Source of the DNA: Anaerolineae bacterium
GTDB taxonomy: Bacteria; Chloroflexota; Anaerolineae; JACIWP01
Length of the DNA stretch: 10,502 bases
Assembly (NCBI GenBank): GCA_028275445.1
Contig: JAPWUQ010000091.1
Location: 1-10,502, forward strand
Direction: 5' to 3'
Shown here: positions 1-5,883 of the stretch, in pieces
Layout of the letters: each line of letters starts with the position of its first letter
Position numbering within the stretch: position 1 is the first letter of the stretch
Program-made: the position numbers and the translations under genes
The notes under the pieces: generated by a model
Databases searched by the model: none
The model's input: only the letters and a program-made list of their open reading frames with translations
What the model was told of the DNA's origin: nothing

Positions 1-2
1 AC

Positions 3-401
3 CCGAAGGGGCGCGCCATGTTCCTCTCCCTGGCGGACGATGAGGCCACCCATCTGCGCGTGCTGGAGGAGCAGTTGGCGGCCATCCAGCAGAAGGGATA
101 CTGCGAGGTCCTGCCGGAGATGGGAGAGGCGCCGGCCGGCTGGGATGAGGAACTGTTCCCCAAGGACCCGGCTCTGCTGGAGAAAATCGTCCATCCGGAG
201 GCCAGCGATATTGACGCCCTGATCTTTGCGCTGCAAGCGGAACACAAGAGCTACGAGCTGTACCGCCGCATGGCGAAGGAGACGCAGGACGAGAAGGCGC
301 GCCAGATGTTCCGCTGGCTGGCCAGCGCGGAACGCGGCCATTTCAACCAGTTGATGCTCAATTACGAAGCACTGCTTCAGACCGGCCATTGGGCATCGTA
401 A
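3..401 (+). CDS. Ferritin-like/rubrerythrin-family diiron four-helix-bundle protein, 5'-truncated by window edge (paralog of the next gene)
   Basis: ORF 18..401 stays open upstream to the window start. The in-frame upstream residues 'PKGRA' followed by 'MFLSLADDEATHL' align with 'PKGKKMFMSLANDELGHL' of the downstream paralog (433..960). It contains ExxH motifs (DDEATH, SAERGH) and the same long inter-helix loop as the paralog. The first helix and its Glu ligand must lie upstream of the window. Confidence 0.65.
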   Translation, partial: PKGRAMFLSLADDEATHLRVLEEQLAAIQQKGYCEVLPEMGEAPAGWDEELFPKDPALLEKIVHPEASDIDALIFALQAEHKSYELYRRMAKETQDEKARQMFRWLASAERGHFNQLMLNYEALLQTGHWAS

Positions 402-432
402 TCCATTTTCACATTCAGAAAGGAGCGGTAGG

Positions 433-960
433 ATGCAGTTACAGGAGGCATTGGACATTCTGATTCGGGCGATGGTCAACGAGCAGGACGGCTACGACTT
501 TTACGTGGCGGCCGCCGGCCGGGTGAGCGATCCCAAGGGCAAAAAGATGTTCATGAGCCTGGCGAACGACGAGCTGGGGCATCTGCACATCATCAAGACG
601 GAATATGATAAGGTCACCGCCGGCGGCGGCTTTGTCAACCTCGACGAGGCGCGGCGGAGCCTCCCTCCCGACCCTTCCCTTCAGCTCTTCCCGGATAAGC
701 GCCAGGTACAGCGCATGCTGGAAGCCGCCACGGACGACGAAGCCGCTCTGCGCATCGCCCTGGATTTCGAGCAGAAGGGCTATCACATGTATTCCGACGC
801 GGCACAGCGCAGTACGGACCGCAACGCACAGGAGGTCTTCCGCTTCCTGGCGGATCAGGAGAGCCAGCATTATGAACTCATCCAGAACACCCTGCACTTC
901 CTGACGGACAGCGGGGTCTGGTACTTCCAGGACTCGGAGAAGCCGTTCTTTGAGGGATAA
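433..960 (+). CDS. Ferritin-like diiron four-helix-bundle protein (rubrerythrin/ferritin-like superfamily), 175 aa
   Basis: The RBS aaaGGAGcgg sits 5-8 nt upstream of the ATG. Motifs are E(18) in VNEQDGYDFY, ExxH in NDELGHLH, E in DFEQKGYHMY, and ExxH in DQESQHYE, the classic E/ExxH/E/ExxH diiron ligand pattern. A long loop of about 35 aa lies between helices B and C. No recognisable C-terminal encapsulin targeting peptide is present. Confidence 0.7.
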   Translation: MQLQEALDILIRAMVNEQDGYDFYVAAAGRVSDPKGKKMFMSLANDELGHLHIIKTEYDKVTAGGGFVNLDEARRSLPPDPSLQLFPDKRQVQRMLEAATDDEAALRIALDFEQKGYHMYSDAAQRSTDRNAQEVFRFLADQESQHYELIQNTLHFLTDSGVWYFQDSEKPFFEG

Positions 961-1029
961 CCCGACAGGCACTCGGGCGCTTCGGAAGGGGGAGGAAGGC
1001 ATTTCACACATTGCACAGGAGGTGGACGT

Positions 1030-1533
1030 ATGCGCAAGATGACCAAATCCAATCTGGAAGCGGCCTTCGCCGGCGAAAGCATGGCCCACATGAGGTACTC
1101 CATCTTCGCCGACAAGGCGCGGGAAGAGGGCTTCAACAACGTGGCCCGACTGTTTGAAGCCATCGCCTATGCCGAACGGGTCCATGCGACCAACCACCTG
1201 CGGGTGCTGGGGGGCATTGGCCATTCCACCAATAACCTCCAGACCGCCATTGACGGCGAGACCTTCGAGGTGGAAGAGATGTATCCCGCCTATCGGGTGG
1301 TGGCGGAATCGCAGGACGAGAAGGGTGCCGTGGTGAGCACCACTTACGCGCTGGAAGCGGAGAAGATCCATGCCGCGCTGTACACCGAGGCCAAGCAGGC
1401 GGTGGAGGCCGGCAAAGACATCGAGCCGCGCGATATCTTCATCTGCAGTGTGTGCGGCTACACCGGCTACGGGGAACCGCCGGATGTCTGCCCGGTCTGC
1501 AAGGCCAAGAAAGACAAGTTCCGCTTGTTCTAA
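1030..1533 (+). CDS. rbr: Rubrerythrin (N-terminal diiron ferritin-like domain + C-terminal rubredoxin-like Cys4 domain), 167 aa
   Basis: The RBS cAGGAGGtgg is upstream. The N-terminus 'AAFAGESMAHMRYSIFADKAREEG...AYAERVHA' is typical of rubrerythrin. The C-terminus 'CSVCGYTGYGEPPDVCPVCKAKK' gives a CxxC...CxxC rubredoxin-like Fe(Cys)4 site. Confidence 0.93.
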   Translation: MRKMTKSNLEAAFAGESMAHMRYSIFADKAREEGFNNVARLFEAIAYAERVHATNHLRVLGGIGHSTNNLQTAIDGETFEVEEMYPAYRVVAESQDEKGAVVSTTYALEAEKIHAALYTEAKQAVEAGKDIEPRDIFICSVCGYTGYGEPPDVCPVCKAKKDKFRLF

Positions 1534-1566
1534 ACCGCCCGTCCATCATAACAGGAGGATGCACAC

Positions 1567-1731
1567 ATGAAGAAATGGGAATGCCTGGCCTGCGGCTACA
1601 TCTATGACCCGGCGAAAGGGGACCCCGAAGCCGGCATCGCCCCCGGCACCCCCTTCGAAGACCTGCCTGATGATTGGGTCTGCCCCGAGTGCGGCGCCGC
1701 CAAGGACATGTTTGAGCCGGTAGAGGAATAA
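1567..1731 (+). CDS. Rubredoxin, 54 aa (not in the supplied ORF track because it is under 60 aa)
   Basis: Manual translation gives [54 protein letters not shown]. It has the canonical CxxCG(Y)xYD and CPxCG rubredoxin knuckles. An AGGAGG RBS lies 8 nt upstream, and the TAA stop is at 1729-1731. Confidence 0.9.
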   Translation: MKKWECLACGYIYDPAKGDPEAGIAPGTPFEDLPDDWVCPECGAAKDMFEPVEE

Positions 1732-1741
1732 TGGATGCCCA

Positions 1742-1777
1742 GGGTGCGGGACGCGCGACCGGACGCGTCCCGCACCC
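1742..1777 (+). other. Perfect 14-bp GC-rich inverted repeat (GGGTGCGGGACGCG / CGCGTCCCGCACCC, 8-nt loop) in the rd-NROR intergenic region. No U-tract follows.
   Basis: Read directly: 1742-1755 is the exact reverse complement of 1764-1777. Confidence 0.8.
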
Positions 1778-1817
1778 CACTCCACGGAACCATGCAGACT
1801 CCAGGAGGGCTTGCCTC

Positions 1818-3038
1818 ATGCGCTATGTGATCATTGGGCAGGGGGTGGCCGGCGTCAACGCCGCGCGCAGTCTGGCCCAGGTCCGCTCCAACGATGATGA
1901 AATCCATATCTATACCGATGAGCAATACCTCTATTATCCCCGGCCGCGCCTGCCGGCCTTCCTGGCCGGCGAGATCACCCTCGATGAGCTGATCCTGTAC
2001 CCGGCCGAGTGGTACGAGAAGCGCGGCATCCAGGTGCATCTCGGCCAGACGGTGACAGCGGTGGACCCGAGGGCCCGAAACATCACCCTGGCGGACGGCC
2101 GGCGGGTGGAATATGACCGCCTCCTGCTGGCCAACGGAAGCCGGCCCAATGTCCCGCCCATCAAGGGCGCGGACAAGAAGGGCGTTTTCACCCTGCGCAC
2201 CATCGCCAATGCCCTGGAAATCCAGGCCTTCGCCCGCACGGTCGAGCGCGCGGTGGTCATCGGCGGGGGGCTGTTGGGCCTGGAAGCGGCGCGAGCGGTC
2301 AGCGCCCTTGGGCCGAAGGTCACGGTGGTGGAGTTCTTCGAGCGCCTGCTCCCCCGCCAGCTCGACTTCGAAGGGGCGCAGGTGCTCCAGCGCGAGATGG
2401 AGCGCTTTGGCCTGACCATCATCACCGGCGCCGCCACGGAGGAGATCCTCGGCGACGGCGCAGTGCGCGGCATCCGGCTGAAAGACGGCCGGGAGATCCC
2501 TGGCGAGATGGTGCTCATCTCCGCCGGCATCCGCCCCAACACCGAGCTGGCCGCGGCCGCCGGCATCCAGGTCCAGCGCGGTGTGGTGGTGGATAACGCC
2601 ATGCGCACCTCCGCCGAGGATATCTGGGCGGCCGGCGATGTGGCGGAGTTCGAGGGGCGCATCTGGGGCATCGTGACCGCGGCGACGGAGCAGGCGCGCG
2701 TCGCGGCCGCCAATATGGCCGCGCCGGCGGGGGAAACGCCGGCGACCTACGTGGACATCATCCCGTCCAACACCCTGAAGGTGGTGGGCATTGACCTCAC
2801 CTCCATCGGCCTGGTGAACCCCGAGGGGGATGGCTATGAGGAAGTGCGGCGCGTGGACGAGGCGGCCGGCCGCTATGAAAAACTGGTGCTCAAGGACGGC
2901 CGCATCGTCGGCGCCATCCTGCTGGGCAATAAGGACAAGGTGCGGCCGGTCACCGAAGCTATCACCCGCAAAATCGATGTCTCCGCGCATAAAGAGGCGC
3001 TGTTGGACGATGCGTTCGATTGGAATTCCCTGCTGTAA
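1818..3038 (+). CDS. NAD(P)H:rubredoxin oxidoreductase (FAD-dependent pyridine nucleotide-disulfide oxidoreductase family)
   Basis: The N-terminal FAD Rossmann motif 'MRYVIIGQGVAGVNAARSL' (GxGxxG) starts at the ATG at 1818, with AGGAGG 9 nt upstream. A second Rossmann motif 'AVVIGGGLLGLEAARAV' binds NAD. 'AAGDVAE' is near the C-terminal FAD contact. The gene sits directly downstream of rubredoxin. The alternative ATG at 1731 overlaps the rd stop (TAATG) but would add a 29-aa Arg/Pro/Gly-rich extension that spans a 14-bp hairpin, so 1818 is preferred. Confidence 0.85.
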   Translation: MRYVIIGQGVAGVNAARSLAQVRSNDDEIHIYTDEQYLYYPRPRLPAFLAGEITLDELILYPAEWYEKRGIQVHLGQTVTAVDPRARNITLADGRRVEYDRLLLANGSRPNVPPIKGADKKGVFTLRTIANALEIQAFARTVERAVVIGGGLLGLEAARAVSALGPKVTVVEFFERLLPRQLDFEGAQVLQREMERFGLTIITGAATEEILGDGAVRGIRLKDGREIPGEMVLISAGIRPNTELAAAAGIQVQRGVVVDNAMRTSAEDIWAAGDVAEFEGRIWGIVTAATEQARVAAANMAAPAGETPATYVDIIPSNTLKVVGIDLTSIGLVNPEGDGYEEVRRVDEAAGRYEKLVLKDGRIVGAILLGNKDKVRPVTEAITRKIDVSAHKEALLDDAFDWNSLL

Positions 3039-3076
3039 CGTCGGGGATACCGCATAAGGTCATATGAGGGAGGGAT

Positions 3077-4021
3077 ATGGACAAGGAAAAGATTATCGAG
3101 CTACTGCATCGGGATATGCAGGATGAGCATGCCGCCGTCATCCAGTACTTGCGCCACGCCTATGCCTTTGGCGAAGGGGAGTTGGCGGCGGAACTGGAGG
3201 CCATTGCCCGCGAGGAAATGCAGCATTTCCGCTGGCTGGCGGATATTGTGGTGGGCCTGGGCGGGAAGCCCAGCATGGTGCGGGGTGAAGTGGTCTTCAA
3301 CGGCCCCAAAATCGTGGATATGCTCCAGGCCGACGTGGAGGCGGAGCAGAGGGCCATTGATCAGTATCTGACCCACATCGCTCTGATTGATGACCCGGAA
3401 ATCGTGGAGGTCCTGCGGCGTATCGTGGCGGATGAGCGCGCCCATATGGGTAAGTTCGAGAAATACGCCGGCGAACAGGACCCCTCAGCCGAAGTCCGCA
3501 TGGAGCCGACCATCACCGAGGCCGACCGCCCTAAGGCGGAGTACCTCCAAAAAGACCTGAAGCATGAGTACACCGTCGTGCTCCAGTACCTGGCCCATGC
3601 CTTCATGACGCCGCACTGCGAGGTCGAACACGAGATGGAATGGCAGGCCATCGAGGAAATGCGCCACATGGGCTGGCTGGCCGAGGAGATGGAATCGCTG
3701 GGCACCCGCGCCGAGATGGTGCATGATCCCCTGATCCTGCCGGATGCGACGGCGGAGATGCTCCAGGCCGACATCGCCATCGAGAAGGAGGTGTCTTCGG
3801 AGTACCGCCGGCAGGCGCTCTCCCTGGGCGCGTCGGACCTGGCCGACCTGTTAGAGCGCATTGCCGGCGAGGAGGACCACCACGTGGTGGTCTTCTCCAA
3901 GCTGTTGGGGGAAGTGGAAGAAGCCGAAAAGCCGGCCCAGCCGGCGGTCAAGCCGGCCTCGTCGGCCGGCGCCAAACCCGGCTTCACCGTTGGAAGCCTG
4001 TTGGGCAAACCGCAGAAGTAA
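3077..4021 (+). CDS. Candidate encapsulin cargo: tandem double ferritin-like/rubrerythrin-like diiron protein (314 aa) with C-terminal flexible linker and cargo-loading peptide
   Basis: The RBS GAGGGAGGG is upstream. There are two internally repeated four-helix-bundle halves. Domain A has approx. E17, E47xxH50, E88/E90 and E120xxH123. Domain B has E164, E194xxH197, E236/E238 and E265/266xxH268/269. A Pro/Ala-rich linker 'EVEEAEKPAQPAVKPASSAGAKP' is followed by the C-terminal 'GFTVGSLLGKPQK' (nt 3980-4018). This resembles family-1 encapsulin targeting peptides such as the '...LTVGSLR..' type recalled for the Myxococcus EncB/C cargo. The gene ends 33 nt before an encapsulin shell gene. Confidence 0.8.
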   Translation: MDKEKIIELLHRDMQDEHAAVIQYLRHAYAFGEGELAAELEAIAREEMQHFRWLADIVVGLGGKPSMVRGEVVFNGPKIVDMLQADVEAEQRAIDQYLTHIALIDDPEIVEVLRRIVADERAHMGKFEKYAGEQDPSAEVRMEPTITEADRPKAEYLQKDLKHEYTVVLQYLAHAFMTPHCEVEHEMEWQAIEEMRHMGWLAEEMESLGTRAEMVHDPLILPDATAEMLQADIAIEKEVSSEYRRQALSLGASDLADLLERIAGEEDHHVVVFSKLLGEVEEAEKPAQPAVKPASSAGAKPGFTVGSLLGKPQK

Positions 4022-4054
4022 CGCAAGCCACCGCGAACATCAGGAGGTATACCG

Positions 4055-4828
4055 ATGACCGATTTGTTGCTGCGCGAGAACGCTCCGTTCGATGCGTCTT
4101 TCTGGCAGATGATTGATGAGGAGGTGCGCGTCGTGGCCTCCCAGCATCTGGTGGGGCGCCGATTTCTCCACCTGGTGGGGCCGCTGGGCGCCGGCGCCCT
4201 GGGCGTGCCGGTCTCCCATCTGGATGTGGAGGGTGCGCCGCGCGTGACCAGCCGCGAGCTGGTGCCCTTCACCACGCTGAGCAAAGAGTTCGTGCTGGCC
4301 TGGGAGGATTTCACCACGGCGGAGCAGTTCGGTCTCCCGCTGGAGCTGGGGCCAGTGGCTATCGCCACCATCCAGTTGGCCGCCGAGGAGGATGGGCTGA
4401 TCTTCGCCGGCCTGCGCCAGGCCAAGGGCACCCATCACGTCTCCCTGGAGAAATGGTCGGAGAGCGGCGGCGCCCTGGCCACGGTGAGCGCGGCGCTGGA
4501 GAAGCTGATGAGCGCCGGCATCTACGGGCCTTACGTGCTGGTGCTGAGCGCCCCGCTGTATGCCCAGGCACAGCGCATCATGGCCAACACCGATGAGCTG
4601 GAGCTGGAGTTCATCGAGGAGTTGGTGGATAAGGTGTACTTCTCGCCCCATTTGCCGGCGAAGGAGGGCTTCCTTATCGCCAACGCGCCCTATAACCTCG
4701 ACCTGGCATTGGCGATGGATATGAGCGTCGCCTATATGGGGAATGAGGGCATGGATCACCGCTTCCGCCTTTTGGAGCGCGTCGCCCTGCGGTTGAAGCA
4801 TCCGCAGGCGGTCTGTGTGCTGAAATAA
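4055..4828 (+). CDS. Family 1 encapsulin shell protein (HK97-fold, Linocin_M18/PF04454-type), 257 aa
   Basis: AGGAGG lies 7 nt upstream. It aligns by eye with the Thermotoga maritima encapsulin. 'ENAPFDASFWQMIDEEV...LVGRRFLHLVGPLG' matches 'SFAPLTEKQWQEIDNRA...LYGRKFVDVEGPYG'. 'SAGIYGPYVLVLS' matches 'KDGIEGPYTLVIN'. C-terminal 'LDLALAMDMSVAY' matches 'FKLILGQDLSIGY'. The length fits a T=1-type family-1 shell. Confidence 0.9.
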   Translation: MTDLLLRENAPFDASFWQMIDEEVRVVASQHLVGRRFLHLVGPLGAGALGVPVSHLDVEGAPRVTSRELVPFTTLSKEFVLAWEDFTTAEQFGLPLELGPVAIATIQLAAEEDGLIFAGLRQAKGTHHVSLEKWSESGGALATVSAALEKLMSAGIYGPYVLVLSAPLYAQAQRIMANTDELELEFIEELVDKVYFSPHLPAKEGFLIANAPYNLDLALAMDMSVAYMGNEGMDHRFRLLERVALRLKHPQAVCVLK

Positions 4829-4834
4829 CCTCTT

Positions 4835-4889
4835 GCGGGCATGGGCCGGCTGGCGAACCCCGCCGCTCCTGCCAGCCGGCCCATGCCGC
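4835..4889 (+). terminator. Strong GC hairpin immediately after the encapsulin stop (17-bp perfect stem GGCATGGGCCGGCTGGC/GCCAGCCGGCCCATGCC, ~16-nt loop) with no U-tract. Putative U-less terminator/attenuator or RNA-stability element.
   Basis: Read directly: 4838-4854 is the reverse complement of 4871-4887, and flanking G-C pairs extend the stem to 19 bp. It lies between the shell stop (4828) and the CorA start (4914). Confidence 0.55.
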
Positions 4890-4913
4890 ACCATCTCTAA
4901 CGGGAGAGCCGCA

Positions 4914-5828
4914 ATGGCACTGCAGGCCGTGACCGAGGCCGGCAGCATGTGGGTGCACATCGCGCCCCTGTCTTCGGAAGACCTGGAGTATCTGCGCCGG
5001 CATTTCCGCTTCCATCCTCTCGACCTGGAAGACCTGACCAGCAAGACCGAACACCCCAAGTTGGATATCTACGACGATTACTTCTTTGCGGTGATGCATT
5101 TTCCGGTCTACAACACCACGCACCGCTTCAGCGCGCCCTGCGAACTGCACTGCTTCGTGGGGGCCAATTACGTGGTGACGGTGCATGACGGCCGGCTGAA
5201 ACCGGTGGATGACCTCTTCGCGGAGTGTCAGCGCAATCCCGTCCTGCGCCAGGACGTGTTGGGGAAAGGTGCCGGCCGGCTGTTCTATGTCATCCTCGAC
5301 CGGCTGGTGGATTACATCTTCCCCATGCTGGGCAGAGTGGGCGGGGAGATATCAGAGATCGAGGAAGAGCTGTTCAGCGCCGACATGGGGGAACTGATCA
5401 CGCGCATCGCCTACCTGCGGCGCGATATTATCACCCTGCGGAGCATCCTTCAGCCGCAGAAGATGGTCATCAGCCACTTAGAGGCGGAGCGCTTCCCGTT
5501 TTTGCCGGCGGAAATGAAAGCCTATTTCGGCGACATCCTGGACGGCTTCACCCGAGCGCTGGACCTGGTGCAGAACTATCATGAGGTCATCCAGAGCCTG
5601 AGCGATACCAGCATGGCCCTGACGTCCTACCGCATCAACGAGGTGATGCGCATCCTGACCATCATATCGGTCATCCTGCTTCCGCTGAGCCTGATCAGCG
5701 GGATTTACGGCATGAATATCGCCCTGCCGCTGGCCGATTCCCCCTGGGCGTTCCTGGTGATCCTGGGCTGGATGGCGCTGGTCGCCGGCATCATGCTGGC
5801 CTTTTTCCGCCGGCGCGGTTGGCTGTGA
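4914..5828 (+). CDS. corA: CorA-family Mg2+/Co2+ (divalent cation) transporter
   Basis: The C-terminal two-TM region carries the signature 'YGMNI' (GMN motif), followed by the second TM 'WAFLVILGWMALVAGIMLAFF' and a basic tail. There is an N-terminal cytoplasmic alpha/beta domain. The start was chosen at the ATG at 4914 (GGGAGAG RBS). The track's ORF start at 4833 lies inside the hairpin and is rejected. An ATG at 4947 is also possible. Confidence 0.88.
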   Translation: MALQAVTEAGSMWVHIAPLSSEDLEYLRRHFRFHPLDLEDLTSKTEHPKLDIYDDYFFAVMHFPVYNTTHRFSAPCELHCFVGANYVVTVHDGRLKPVDDLFAECQRNPVLRQDVLGKGAGRLFYVILDRLVDYIFPMLGRVGGEISEIEEELFSADMGELITRIAYLRRDIITLRSILQPQKMVISHLEAERFPFLPAEMKAYFGDILDGFTRALDLVQNYHEVIQSLSDTSMALTSYRINEVMRILTIISVILLPLSLISGIYGMNIALPLADSPWAFLVILGWMALVAGIMLAFFRRRGWL

Positions 5829-5832
5829 CAAA

Positions 5833-5865
5833 GCGGCCCGGCCGCTAAGCGCGGCCGGGCCTTTC
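5833..5865. terminator. Bidirectional intrinsic terminator between convergent corA (+) and the E2 gene (-)
   Basis: It reads AAA-GGCCCGGCCGC-taagc-GCGGCCGGGCC-TTT. An 11-bp perfect GC stem (5836-5846/5852-5862) with a 5-nt loop is flanked by A-run and T-run, so it can function on both strands. Confidence 0.75.
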
Positions 5866-5883
5866 GCTATGCCCGAGCACAGC

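Noticed and set aside
402-1029. Searched the short intergenic spacers for PerR/Fur-type palindromes (TTATAAT-n-ATTATAA, GATAATGATAATCATTATC)
   Set aside because: No convincing AT-rich dyad was found. The spacers contain only RBSs, so the stress-responsive promoter or operator is presumably upstream of the window.
439-1371. 310-aa minus-strand ORF antisense to the ferritin-like and rubrerythrin genes. The same applies to 1602..2990(-), 3361..4431(-), 4040..5059(-), 4674..5186(-), 5869..7254(+), 7263..8423(+), 8526..9206(+) and 9744..10229(+).
   Set aside because: These are shadow ORFs typical of high-GC DNA. Their translations are Arg/Gly/Pro/His-rich with no recognisable motifs. Each lies opposite a gene with strong family signatures and a proper RBS.
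1731-1817. ATG at 1731 overlapping the rubredoxin stop (TAATG) as the start of the reductase, which would suggest translational coupling
   Set aside because: It would add a 29-aa Arg/Pro/Gly-rich tail before the FAD GxGxxG motif and would put a 14-bp perfect hairpin inside the coding sequence. The ATG at 1818 has AGGAGG 9 nt upstream and starts right at the Rossmann fold. It is kept as a minor alternative.
4833-4913. N-terminal extension of the CorA ORF (MRAWAGWRTPPLLPAGPCRTISNGRAA)
   Set aside because: The extension is made of the two arms of the 17-bp hairpin read in-frame and has no RBS. The start was moved to the ATG at 4914.
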